Both the position numbers and the translations under genes were made by a program. A stretch of DNA of 54,196 nt, filler included, from Candidatus Desantisbacteria bacterium CG1_02_49_89 (lineage in GTDB: Bacteria > Desantisbacteria > UBA1551), in the NCBI GenBank assembly GCA_001871075.1. It is 5 parts of 5 records of this genome, joined end to end, with 100 filler letters (N's around TTAATTAATTAA, not from the genome) between each part and the next. Parts side by side here need not be neighbours in the genome. Positions count along the whole stretch, not along the records: positions 1 to 9,835 come from MNUP01000126.1; positions 9,936 to 22,606 come from MNUP01000072.1; 3 more parts are not named here. One strand, given 5' to 3'. The notes under the pieces are model-generated. The model made no database searches, had not been told where the DNA came from, and worked only from the letters and a program-made list of their open reading frames with translations. Below, in pieces: positions 1 through 10,096 of this stretch (position 1 is the first letter of the stretch; each line of letters starts with the position of its first letter).

Positions 1-171
1 ATCTTCGAATGAGATTTAAAAAGCCGAGAGTATAGTAGCTTGAATCCCGCTGAATCCCTGTTAAAACTTTTTTACAGGGAACTTAAGAGAACTTAAAGTT
101 CCTGGGTTTAAACTAGAAACTAAAAAATAAATTCAGTTTGAGTTCTCGTCAGATCCCTGATAAATGCTTTA

Positions 172-207
172 ATCACCGTAATCATCAGTTAATAATCACC
201 GTAATCA
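172..207 (+). repeat. ATCACCGTAATCA direct-repeat pair (other copies 10046-10081 and 48388-48422 on minus)
   Basis: Exact 13-mer occurs twice with 22-23 bp spacing at three loci. Confidence 0.85.
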
Positions 208-216
208 GGAATCAAG

Positions 217-1461
217 ATGAAAAAGTATGAGAGGGCGAAATACGGGGCCGCGGCGTTCGCAGGCGCGAAGGGAAAGCTGCCCAATTCTTTCCCTCGCGAA
301 ATGGGACCCAGCTGCCTGAAATATTTACAAGAAGTGGTGGATTCAGGGCTTACCTGCGATATGGTTACAAGGTTTGAAAAGGCGTTCGCGAAGGAGCTGG
401 GAGTAAATCACTGCATCGCGACACCGGGATGCACTCCGGCTCTCGCATGCCTTGCTTCCGCGTTCGGGTTCAGATCCGGGGATGAGATAATCGTCAGCCC
501 GATAACTGATTTCGGAATGATACAGGGATTGATAAGAGAGGATCTCATCCCGGTTTTTGCCGACACAGAGCCGGGTTCAATAAATATCAGCGCCGGGACT
601 ATTGAGCCCTGCATTTCCAGGCGCACACGCGCGATCCTCGTTGTGCACAAAACAGGGCTTGTGTGTGACATGGACCCCATTAACGCACTTGCCAGAAAAC
701 ACAAGCTTATTGTTTATGAGGACGTGTGCCAGGCAGCATTCAGCGAATACAAGGGAAGATTTGCCGGAACTCTTTCCAAAGCCGCTGGATTTTCTTTTGA
801 CATGGAAAAGACAATGGGTTCTGACATAGGCGGATGCGTTGCGACCGATGACAGCAAGCTTGCTGAACGCGTAAGATTGTTCGGGCAGAGCAGGGGCGGG
901 GTGATCGTTCCCGGATATGGCAGGAAGCACGTGGCTCCGGGTTACGCCTACCGAATGTCTAATTGCACTGCCGCGATTTGCCTGGGCCAGCTTGAGATCG
1001 TAAAAAGTCAGGTTAAGCGCAGGGATAAGATGGCGCGGCTCCTGACTTCGCTTATTTCAAAAATACCCGGCATAATACCTCTGAGGATCCCGCAATACCA
1101 GAACGTGTATTCCTGCTGGATGTTCGGTTTCAGGATCGATCCGAAAATGATCAGGTGCGGCGCTGACAGATTCGCAGAACAGCTTAAAAAAGAAGGAATT
1201 ACAGGAGCAGGCACAGGAAGGTATTACCTTATGCCTGAAGCGTGCGAGTTCCTTGACGAGAATGCCAGAAAAAGAGTTTACCCGTATTCGACGCCGCCTG
1301 CTTCAAGGAAATACAGATACAGCGCCAGGACCTGCCCCAACGCAAGGGATTTCCTGAAATATTTCGTAAGGTGGATCACTTTCAGCGATAAATACACGCC
1401 GAAACACTGCGAGCTTGCAGCGGATATCATCCGCAAAACCGCAAAGCGCAATACTAATTAG
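217..1461 (+). CDS. DegT/DnrJ/EryC1/StrS family PLP aminotransferase
   Basis: FEKAFA, GDEIIVSPIT, YEDVCQA, and SFDMEKTMG containing the PLP lysine. Confidence 0.9.
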   Translation: MKKYERAKYGAAAFAGAKGKLPNSFPREMGPSCLKYLQEVVDSGLTCDMVTRFEKAFAKELGVNHCIATPGCTPALACLASAFGFRSGDEIIVSPITDFGMIQGLIREDLIPVFADTEPGSINISAGTIEPCISRRTRAILVVHKTGLVCDMDPINALARKHKLIVYEDVCQAAFSEYKGRFAGTLSKAAGFSFDMEKTMGSDIGGCVATDDSKLAERVRLFGQSRGGVIVPGYGRKHVAPGYAYRMSNCTAAICLGQLEIVKSQVKRRDKMARLLTSLISKIPGIIPLRIPQYQNVYSCWMFGFRIDPKMIRCGADRFAEQLKKEGITGAGTGRYYLMPEACEFLDENARKRVYPYSTPPASRKYRYSARTCPNARDFLKYFVRWITFSDKYTPKHCELAADIIRKTAKRNTN

Positions 1462-1502
1462 ACGCAGATTTACACAGATTATCGCAGTCATTGCTTTTTA
1501 AT

Positions 1503-1602
1503 GTCATTGCGAGGAATAAAATGACGAAGCAATCTAAGAGATTGCCGCGGGCTTTGCCCTCGCAACGACTTCGTTGGATTGATTCACTTCGTTCGCAATG
1601 AC
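1503..1602. repeat. GTCATTGCGAG...GCAATC/GATTGC...CGCAATGAC palindromic element (RPE-like); other copies 8139-8171, 16436-16556, 26550-26698, 28683-28722, 33903-33942
   Basis: Shared terminal inverted repeats and inner GCAATC/GATTGC pair; the 16436 and 26550 copies match over ~49 bp with 1 mismatch. Confidence 0.9.
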
Positions 1603-1640
1603 AAGTTTATAGCGTTATCAGCAATTCTACCGGAGGAATA

Positions 1641-4610
1641 ATGAAAAAAACTATTATTTTCATAATATTAATACTTTCAGCTTTCAGCTGCTTCGCAGCT
1701 GAGGAGGGTTTAGTGGCGCACTGGCGTTTTGACAAAGAAGGGGACATAGAGGACCTGTCCGGTAACGGCTATACTGCCGCTGTGTCCGGAGGAAGGGTCG
1801 TGACAGACTCCGGGAAGAAAGTGCTTGAGTGCGACGGCGCGCAGTCCATACAGATCGCATCCGCAAAAGACCTGTGCGTCCGAAAAAAATTCGCAATAGA
1901 GCTTTCCGTGAAATTCCCGGAAGCCACTGAAGGGATGAACCTTATCTCCAAGGAGAACGAATTCCTCCTGCGAACTGACTGGAACCAGGAAGGCGGGAAG
2001 ATCTCGTTCTTCGTGTTCGGTAACGGCGGGTGGGAGCCAAGGGTCAGCGCTTTCAACCCGCAGGCGAATACCTGGTACCACATGATCATAATGTGGGACG
2101 GCACGCAGTCATACCTTTGGGTTAACGGCGAGGTGTTCACTACCGCGCGCAGCGGTGCGGTAAAACCAACAGATGACCCGTTAGTTATCTGCTCGCGCTC
2201 AAATTTTGGCGGCCCGTTCGCGGGTTGCGTTGAATATGTCAAGGTATATAAAAGGATGCTGACCGCTGGCGAGATCGTCAGGAAGCAATACGGCATTGAT
2301 GAAAAAACAGGCGGAGGCACTGAAAATACTGTTTTTGATTTTAGCAAAGGCCTGCAAGGGTGGGTTGGACGCGAGGGCGCTGAGCTCAAAGCTGAAAGCT
2401 CAAAGCTCAAAGTAAATACAAAACAAGAGCAATCGTTCATAATAAATAAGGACCTGAACGCGAATATTGACAGGAGGGACTACCTTGCCGTGAGGATGGC
2501 CGTAGATAAAGGCTCAAGGGGAGACATAATCTTCGCGACCACGAAAGGCGCCTCCCGCGTTTCCTTCCAGACATACGCTGATAACAAGATGCACGCTTAC
2601 GTTTTCGAACCCTGGGCGTGGAACGGCTGGGGCGGGAACCTTATAGCCCTGGGCATCGGCCCGTCTGAGGTCGGAGGGACTGCGGCGCAGATCGAATACG
2701 TGAAAGTTATGGAAAGCCCTGATGCTGACCCGGAAATACAGATCACGGGATTGTTCATAGAATCAGTGCTTCCGCGGGCTGAAAAAACCGAGACTTTGAT
2801 CGTAAGGGTGAAGAACGCGGGCGGTCCTGTTTCAGGCCTGCAGGCAGTTTTGAAAACCCCGGAAGGTGTTACTGTTAAAGGCAGCGCTGTCGCGCAGATC
2901 CCCGCCCTGAAATACCTTGAAGAAAAGGAAATTTCCTGGCAGGTTGAAAGCCTTCGACCGGTGAGCGGGGATTTCGTTGTTGAGGTGACGGGAAAAGGCG
3001 TAAGCGCGTCTAAGGCGCAGAAAATAAGCTTTCTTCCAAATCCGAAGCTTCCGAAAGCTTCCTATGTTCCTGAGCCCAAGCCGGTGAAGCCGGGAAAATA
3101 CCAACTGTGGACACACTACTGCCCGCTGTGGAAGCACGGCACGCATATGGGATAGAAGCTGATAGAGCCCTGGCCTGAGAGAAAGCCGGTCATCGGGTAT
3201 TACAACGAAGGCACGCCTGAGGTCGCTGACTGGCACATCAAATACTGGCTTGAGCACGGGATATCGGCGGTTATCTACTGCTGGTACCGCACCACTATAA
3301 ACGGCCCTGTGCAGCAGCAGCTGGGCCACGCGATCCACGACGGGCTTCTGAAGGCAAGATACCTGAACATGATAAAATTCAGCATTATGTGGGAGAACGG
3401 GTGCGGGGCCGGGGCAGGCTCTTCAAAAGACGTAATGGATAACCTTATGCCTTTCTGGATAGACAACTATTTTTCGAACCCGTCGTACCTGCGGGTTGAC
3501 AACAAGCCGATACTTTACATCTGGGTCCCGCAGAACGTTACCAGGGACGCGGGCGGCAGCCCGAATGTCCGCACGCTTTTGAATGATATGCGCGAGGCGT
3601 GCAAAGCCAGAGGCCTTAACGGGCTTTACATAGTCGGCTGCGTGAGCGGCAAGGACGCGGCAGAGCTTAAGAAGATGGCTGATGAGGGATGGGACGCGAG
3701 TTCTTCTTACGGGAGTTCCTGGTGGTATCCGAAAGAGATAAAGAAAAGCGGGGATTTTATCTGCGCGCCTTACGAAGGTTTCGTGGACCAGCAGGAAGAG
3801 ATACTGAAGTTCAAGAACGAGGTTAACGCCCAGCCGGATATTACGTCGATAATGATGGGATGGGATTCCCGTCCCTGGAAGGAAACCCCGTTCTTCTGGT
3901 GTGAGAACACGGCTGAGAAGTTCAGGGACCTGTGCGTCCGAGCCAAGAAGATAACGGATTCGAAGACGACTTCCGGCCCGGAAAAGAACACGATGATCTT
4001 TTGCTGCTGGAACGAGTTCGGGGAAGGGCATTACATAGAACCGACGCGCGGCTACGGATTTTCCTACCTTGACGTGATCAGGGACGTTTTCACGGAAGCG
4101 CCCAAAGAACATATGGACATATCGCCCGAGGATGTTGGCTTGGGGCCCTACGATTCCTGGTACCAGGACGCCAAGAAACTTGCACCGATCACAAGCATTT
4201 CAGAGGACACAGAGTGGTCAGGCGCGAGGATGGGGGTCTGGACAGGCATGATGGGTTTAAAGGATGTTGAGGTGAAGGACGGGATACTTACCGCAATGAC
4301 TTCCAGCACCGATCCTGCATTCAGTTCCCCGGCTTTGAAGATACGCGCCAACAGGTACACAAGGGTTGTAATGGACATGAGGGTGAGCAAGGGCAGTTCC
4401 ATGCAGCTTTTCTTCATGACGTCCGGGGCGACGAATTACACGGAGCCTGCAAGTTCGGTTGCCCAGACAAAGGCGGATGGGGAATTCCACGAGTATTCGT
4501 TCAATGTGGGCAGGAACGAGAACTGGGGAGGGTGCCTTACCGGCATGCGCTTCGACCCGTCATCTGCCGAGGGAGCGCTGCTTGAGATAAGGTCAATAAG
4601 GCTTGAATAG
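1641..4610 (+). pseudogene. Secreted LamG-like + Ig/CARDB-like + GH99-like (WbsX-type) protein of ~989 codons, interrupted by an in-frame TAG at 3153-3155
   Basis: ORFs 1641-3155 and 3309-4610 share a frame; the intervening sequence reads KLIEPWPERKPVIGYYNEGTPEVADWHIKYWLEHGI; WNEFGEGHYIEP motif; N-terminal signal peptide. Confidence 0.75.
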
Positions 4611-4633
4611 AGTTTTTATAGGACGATGTTACG

Positions 4634-5107
4634 ATGAACGATGCACGATGTACGAGGTTTATCGCTGATTCCATGCTGGGCAGGCTTGCCAAATGGCTGC
4701 GCGTGCTGGGGTTCGACACCCTTTACAAACCTGACTGTAAAAAAGAGGATATGATCCTGCGCAGCCTGCGGGAAAAGAGGGTGATCCTGACGAGGAATAC
4801 AAGGCTGTCAAAAAGCGTGGGGCTGCAGGTTGTTTTCCTGGCTGACACAGAGGTAAAAAATCAGATAAACCAGATAATTAATGAACTAAATTTAAAGATT
4901 GATAAGTCAAGTATTTTTATACGTTGCACAATTTGTAACGAAATAGCATTGACTGTGCCAAAAGAACAGGTGAAAGATAAGGTTCCGGAATACGTTTATA
5001 ATACCCAGAAAGAGTTCAGGATATGCCCTGCCTGCAAGCGGATATACTGGGCAGGGACTCATAGCGAGAGTGTGGCAAGAATGCTTGCGGAAATAAATAT
5101 ATGTTAA
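4634..5107 (+). CDS. Mut7-C RNase domain protein (PIN-like + Zn ribbon)
   Basis: FIADSMLGRLAKWLRVLGFDT, RCTICN, CPACKRIYWAGTH. Confidence 0.92.
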   Translation: MNDARCTRFIADSMLGRLAKWLRVLGFDTLYKPDCKKEDMILRSLREKRVILTRNTRLSKSVGLQVVFLADTEVKNQINQIINELNLKIDKSSIFIRCTICNEIALTVPKEQVKDKVPEYVYNTQKEFRICPACKRIYWAGTHSESVARMLAEINIC

Positions 5108-5178
5108 AGGTTAAAAAGGTTAAAGATGTTAAAAAGGATTAATATAAAAATAATGAGGTAAAGGAAAGGAGAAATAGT

Positions 5179-8013
5179 ATGATGAAAAAGAGCTTGCGTG
5201 CGCATTTTATCCCAAACAACCACCTGGACAGGGAATGGACCCTGGATTTCCAGTGGACAAGGGCTTTAACAGTGGATTTCTTTGACGCCCTCATAGATAT
5301 TTTGAAGAAGATACCGGGTTACATATTCCTTCTAGACTCGCAGACAGTGCCTCTGGAGGACTATTTTGAGATAAGGCCGGAAAAAGAGCCCATTATAAAG
5401 AAGTATATAAAGGAAGGCAGGATCGAGATAGGACCCTGGTACACAGCGCTTGACTCGAATACGGTCCAGGGCGAGTCCATCACCAGGAACCTTCTTGTCG
5501 GGCACAATGTCGCGAGGAAATACGGCCCTGTGATGAAGGTGGGGTACACCCCGTTCGGCTTCGGCCAGGTCGGCCAGCTTCCCCAGATCTACAAGGGGTT
5601 CGGCATCGATTCCTGTTTTTTCTACCGGGGCATAAGCGACGCGGACGCGCCTGACCCCGAGTTCTACTGGGTGTCTCCTGACGGCACTGAGATCTTTTCC
5701 TCGCGTTTCGGCACGATGAGGCGGGTGAACTTTTACTTTGAGATCTGGCGGAAATCCTCCTTCACCGAAAACGGAAACGTGAAAGACCGAGAGTCCCACT
5801 GGAAGGACGGGCAGATATCGTTCAGGCTGTGCAATGAGGAGAGCCGTTATGACCACGGTTCAGTGCTGCGGCCGCAGCTCAGGCTTGACAAGGAAGCTTT
5901 GAAAAAGTGGTTCAGGACGTTCATGGACCAGGAAAAGAAAATATTCCTTACCCCGGAAATACCTATGATGCACGGAATGGATACCCGGGCTCCTGACATC
6001 CGCGAGAAGCAGGTTGTCGAGGACATACAGAACTACCTGCACAAAGACGAGGAGTTCTTCTACAGCTCAATGTCAAGATACGCGAAAGACCTTTACAGAG
6101 CCGCCAGGGGCATGAAACTGCACAGGGTTTACGGCGAGTGCAGGAGCGGGGATTCGTTCACCAACATAGTTTCCGCGCGCGCAAAGCAGAAACTCGCGGA
6201 ATCAAAAGCTGAGAACATGCTTATCAGGAACGCGGAACCTTTCTCCGCCATCGCTACCGCCGCGTGCGGCAGGGAATGGCCCAGAAAATACCTTGAGCAG
6301 GCCTGGAAGACGCTTCTCATCTGCCACCCGCACGACACAGCCGCGGGATGCGGGATAGACAGGATGGAAGAGGACTTTATGTACCGCGCGAACCAGGTTT
6401 ATTCCATTTCAAGAATGCTGCGCCAGAGAAGCCTTAAGGCGATACAGGAACGCATAGACACAACCGACGTGAAACCGGAAAATATCGTTATCACGGTTTT
6501 CAATCCGTCCCCGTTCGCCAGGACAGAGAATACCACTGCTTTCATCGCGATTCCTAAAGAATTAAACATAAAGGATTTTATTTTAACAGAACCTGTCCCG
6601 CGTAGGGGCGGGCTTGCCCGCCCATCGGTACGTGAAAAGCAAGTTTCTTATGCTATATTAAACAAGCAGTTCGCTTCCCGCGTTTACAGGGATGACGAGC
6701 AGATCGCGATGATGTGCCTTTCGGACGAATACAAGATCAGCTTCCTCGCGGAAAACATCCCTGCCCTGGGCTATAAGCGTTATGTATTAAAAAAACCTGA
6801 CTACGCCAAGGCTTCGTCAGGCAGGGGTTTGCCCGCCACTAAAGCTTTGGCGGGCGAGCGTGTGATCGTGTCAGAGAAAGCGAACACGCTCGAGAACGAA
6901 TTTTTAAAGGTTAAGATAAACCCTGACGGAACCATTGATTTAAGGGATAAGAACCGCGGTAAAACTTATAAGGGTCTCCATTATTTCGAGGACGTCGGCG
7001 AGTTCGGCCAGGGATGGGAACACCTGAAAATGTTCAAAGACAGGCTTATCACAAGCAGGGGAGTAAAGGCGGATATTTCGCTTGAGCATAATAAGGGGCT
7101 TTACGCGAGCTTCAGGGTTTCCTGGAAGCTCAGGATCCCGGCGAAGAAGATCTATTTTGACGAAAACTATGATAAGGCAAAGCGCAGCGCGGAGACAAAA
7201 CCCCTCGAGATCGCGTCCACGTACATCCTGCGCTCAGGCGCGAAAAGCCTGGAAGTCGAGACCGAGATAGACAATAAGTCGCAGGATCATAGACTGCGCG
7301 TGATCTTCCCCGCGGGTTTAAATGCGAAGGTTTCATCGGCGGAGAGCGCGTATGACGTGATGGACAGGCCTGTGGGGAACGGGAAGGATTATCCTTTCCT
7401 GAGATTTGTTGATATTTCTGACAGGAAGAACGGGCTTGCGTTCATTTCCGAGGGAATCAGGGAATTCGAGGCGCTCAAAGGCGCGAACGGCGCTGTGCTG
7501 GGGATCACCCTGTTAAGGGCGTTTGAGATCCAGATGTGCACCGTGGGTTTTTACAGGACAGCGGAAAGGTATCCGGAGGAGACGCTGAGCCAGTGCATTG
7601 GAAAGATAAGGCACAGATATTTCATCTGCCCGCACAAAGGGACATGGGCTTCGTCAGGAGTGACGGAGGAATCAGAAAGGTTCAACCTTCCGCTTGTCGT
7701 TGCGATGTGCGGGGCGGGGAACAAGGGAGACCTGCCCAAAGCCTTCAGCTTTTTTGAGATAAAGGGAAAGAACGTGATGCTTTCAGCCCTGAAGATCGCT
7801 GAGCGCAGTAATTCGTCGTTGATCGTGCGCGTTTTCAACCCTGATTCAAAACCGGCGCGCGCGGAGATCAAATTCTTCAAAAAAGTGAGATCCGCCAGGT
7901 TTGTAAACATGAACGAAGATGCCTTAGAGGGCCGTAAACCCGCCGCACGCGGCAATTCAGTTTCTTTTATTATCCCGTATAAGAAAATAGTAACCTTAAG
8001 CGTCAGTTTATAA
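5179..8013 (+). CDS. GH38 alpha-mannosidase / mannosylglycerate hydrolase-like
   Basis: HLDREW, LDSQTVPLEDY, IGPWY, HPHDTAAGC; carries in-frame REP inserts. Confidence 0.88.
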   Translation: MMKKSLRAHFIPNNHLDREWTLDFQWTRALTVDFFDALIDILKKIPGYIFLLDSQTVPLEDYFEIRPEKEPIIKKYIKEGRIEIGPWYTALDSNTVQGESITRNLLVGHNVARKYGPVMKVGYTPFGFGQVGQLPQIYKGFGIDSCFFYRGISDADAPDPEFYWVSPDGTEIFSSRFGTMRRVNFYFEIWRKSSFTENGNVKDRESHWKDGQISFRLCNEESRYDHGSVLRPQLRLDKEALKKWFRTFMDQEKKIFLTPEIPMMHGMDTRAPDIREKQVVEDIQNYLHKDEEFFYSSMSRYAKDLYRAARGMKLHRVYGECRSGDSFTNIVSARAKQKLAESKAENMLIRNAEPFSAIATAACGREWPRKYLEQAWKTLLICHPHDTAAGCGIDRMEEDFMYRANQVYSISRMLRQRSLKAIQERIDTTDVKPENIVITVFNPSPFARTENTTAFIAIPKELNIKDFILTEPVPRRGGLARPSVREKQVSYAILNKQFASRVYRDDEQIAMMCLSDEYKISFLAENIPALGYKRYVLKKPDYAKASSGRGLPATKALAGERVIVSEKANTLENEFLKVKINPDGTIDLRDKNRGKTYKGLHYFEDVGEFGQGWEHLKMFKDRLITSRGVKADISLEHNKGLYASFRVSWKLRIPAKKIYFDENYDKAKRSAETKPLEIASTYILRSGAKSLEVETEIDNKSQDHRLRVIFPAGLNAKVSSAESAYDVMDRPVGNGKDYPFLRFVDISDRKNGLAFISEGIREFEALKGANGAVLGITLLRAFEIQMCTVGFYRTAERYPEETLSQCIGKIRHRYFICPHKGTWASSGVTEESERFNLPLVVAMCGAGNKGDLPKAFSFFEIKGKNVMLSALKIAERSNSSLIVRVFNPDSKPARAEIKFFKKVRSARFVNMNEDALEGRKPAARGNSVSFIIPYKKIVTLSVSL

Positions 8014-8074
8014 GCAACCATTTCCGACCTCGTAGGTTGGAATTGGTTAACTAAGTTTATATAGTTTACAAGGG

Positions 8075-8097
8075 GTAGCCGCAGGATTTATCCTGCG
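8075..8097 (+). repeat. GTAG/GTAA-type REP hairpin (exact reverse-complement copy at 51414-51436; relatives at 6602, 34014, 37534, 40726, 44079)
   Basis: GTAGCCGCAGGATTTATCCTGCG: GTA(G/A) foot followed by a GC-rich hairpin. Confidence 0.85.
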
Positions 8098-8228
8098 ATG
8101 CATTTTTGTTAAAGGTTGTATCTGGTCCGATTTAATCAGTCATTGCGAGGAACAAAGTGACGAAGCAATCTATTTGTGCCTTTGGAAAACCATTGAAAAA
8201 TAAGCATAGCTTGTTGCTTGAAAAACAA

Positions 8229-9002
8229 ATGTCGTGGGTGTGGCGCAATAAGAAATGGGGGCTGTCCCTATTATTAGTGCTGGGACTGGCAGCAGGTGTA
8301 CATGCGCACGCGCAGGCAGTAGCTCAGGCGCCGGTCGGGCAGGAGGACATCCGCAGGACGCTTGATTATTTCAGCAACAGGCGGTACAGGGGAGTTTTTC
8401 ATCTTTTTTACGCGCTTCCCATAAGCCTTGCCGAGATCACCACGAAAACCTCGGTTACCGGCGACTCCGCAATGTTCATTATTGAAATGAAGGGTTTCTA
8501 CACCCATACAATAGAAAGCTGTTTCAGCGTGCGGACAGGCGATCCTTACTGGCACAGGTGGAGGATATCCAGCATTTTCGGCAAGAAGGACGTGTTCGCG
8601 CGTTTCGACAACGAAAACAAGCTGGCTGAATACTCAAGAAAGGAAAGCGGCAAAAAAGACTTCAGCCTGACGCTGCGTTTTGATAAACAGGCATATGACC
8701 CGTTATCAGGCCTGGTTTATTATCTTTCCCAGAAGAACAGGACCGGAAAGCTTGAGGAAGGCACGGTCAATATGACCATACTCTGGTACGCGGGCAGGAT
8801 CTATAATAATGTTGCGATAAGAATAATAAAGGAGAAGGATGAAAAGCGCAGGGTTGAGGTCGCGTCAACCAAGAAGGTCAACGGGTACGCGGTATTCGAC
8901 GAATCCGGCAGGCCTTTGGGAGGGGAAGGATTCACAGTGCCGGTGGTAGGATGGATCTCGGTTTACGATGTTGAGCTGAAAAAGAAAGTTCCTCAAAAAT
9001 AA
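8229..9002 (+). CDS. Exported protein, DUF3108-like
   Basis: Signal peptide after ATG 8229 (the upstream GTG lies in a repeat); YDPLSGLVY motif. Confidence 0.55.
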   Translation: MSWVWRNKKWGLSLLLVLGLAAGVHAHAQAVAQAPVGQEDIRRTLDYFSNRRYRGVFHLFYALPISLAEITTKTSVTGDSAMFIIEMKGFYTHTIESCFSVRTGDPYWHRWRISSIFGKKDVFARFDNENKLAEYSRKESGKKDFSLTLRFDKQAYDPLSGLVYYLSQKNRTGKLEEGTVNMTILWYAGRIYNNVAIRIIKEKDEKRRVEVASTKKVNGYAVFDESGRPLGGEGFTVPVVGWISVYDVELKKKVPQK

Positions 9003-9048
9003 TGGTTCTAATTTTTGAAGTTTGAAATCACAAAAATCACTTTAAATC

Positions 9049-9076
9049 TTGACAAATAGCGATTTCGGGTTATAAT
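9049..9076 (+). promoter_or_regulatory. Sigma70-type promoter
   Basis: TTGACA-N16-TATAAT. Confidence 0.7.
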
Positions 9077-9379
9077 ACATATATTACTTCTCCTTACTCA
9101 TCTTCCTAACCCATATTCTTCTTCCCATTCTATATCGTATTTCGCCCGCCCCTTTGGGGCGAGGTCTCGCCCCGATGTCCATCGGGGCGGATAGGGCAAG
9201 GCTTCTCAAAGACCCCCGCCAAACTAACTGGCGGGCAAGCTGCCAATCATTAAGGAGGGAGCCTGCGATTTGTAGCGGTGCGATTTATCGCACTTGTAGG
9301 GGTTCAATTCACCTGTCCGCCCTTGTCCGCCAATTTTTTAAGGAGGAAATCTTTAAGGTGGGAGGCTTGCGTTTGTTAA

Positions 9380-9420
9380 TTCCCCCTTTGTTAAAGGGGG
9401 ATTGAGGGGGATTTTGCCTG
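9380..9420. repeat. CCCCCTTT...AAAGGGGG / CCCCTC-type palindromic repeats (also ~9936-9987, 28594-28640, 30411-30462)
   Basis: Recurrent C-run/G-run hairpins followed by GGGGGATT. Confidence 0.8.
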
Positions 9421-9431
9421 CTCCGACCGTA

Positions 9432-9721
9432 GAGTCATTAACTTTGTTCTGACTCGCAGGTCCCTGTGTTAAGTTCCGGTTTTACCGGAACTACAGGGAT
9501 CGGAGCGAGAAGCCAGAAAGGAGCGCTAAACAGGGCTGAAATTGTAAACGCCCGGGGGATTTTTGTTTTTAAGTAAAAGAATAGAAGAATTAGGCTATTG
9601 CTGTCCGAAGATCCTGACACATGCCAATCGGGATACTACTTCGGGCAGAGAGATAGCGGGATTTACGAAACAAACACAAGGCGCTTGGAGTCTAATAATA
9701 TATAGACTCGGCGCTTTTTTT
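9432..9721 (+). ncRNA. Candidate structured leader with a JUMPstart-like motif
   Basis: Stems 9432-9455, 9461-9499 and 9594-9658; GGAGCGAGAAGCCAGAAAGGAGCG at 9502-9525. Confidence 0.45.
9681..9721 (+). terminator. Intrinsic terminator/attenuator
   Basis: GCGC..GAGTCTA/TAGACTC..GCGC stem followed by T7. Confidence 0.65.
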
Positions 9722-9835
9722 ATTTAAATGATTATTATTGAATTAATAAATCGCAAGAGGACTTTGATGTCAGGTCAAAAATATTATAAAATTGGATACA
9801 GGAAACAAATGAAGAATATAAAATCCTTTGGTGCA

Positions 9836-9935
9836 NNNNNNNNNNNNNNNNNNNNNNNNNNNNNNNNNNNNNNNNNNNNTTAATTAATTAANNNNNNNNN
9901 NNNNNNNNNNNNNNNNNNNNNNNNNNNNNNNNNNN
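9836..9935. other. Artificial contig linker
   Basis: N44-TTAATTAATTAA-N44 (six-frame stop). Confidence 0.97.
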
Positions 9936-10096
9936 AGCCCCTCACCTTTTCCCTCTCCCCATAGGGGAGAGGGCGGGGGTGAGGGGTATGGTTATTTTTT
10001 TAATCGCTGCGATCTATCCGTTATCGCTGCAATCGTCAGTTGTTCATCACCGTAATCATCAGTTAAAAATCACCGTAATCAAAAAGGTCTTCGAGG

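Noticed and set aside
1641..4610. Genome-wide TAG reassignment
   Set aside because: TAG terminates several complete genes here (4610, 21552, 29960, 34130, 35372, 52957), and only one internal TAG was seen
9154..9405. Short ORFs 9154-9405, 16386-16589 and 28681-28890
   Set aside because: Built largely from REP/RPE-like repeats, or overlapping real genes, with no protein motifs
9880..9891. TTAATTAATTAA palindrome recurring four times inside N runs
   Set aside because: Identical N44 flanks show it is an artificial six-frame-stop contig linker
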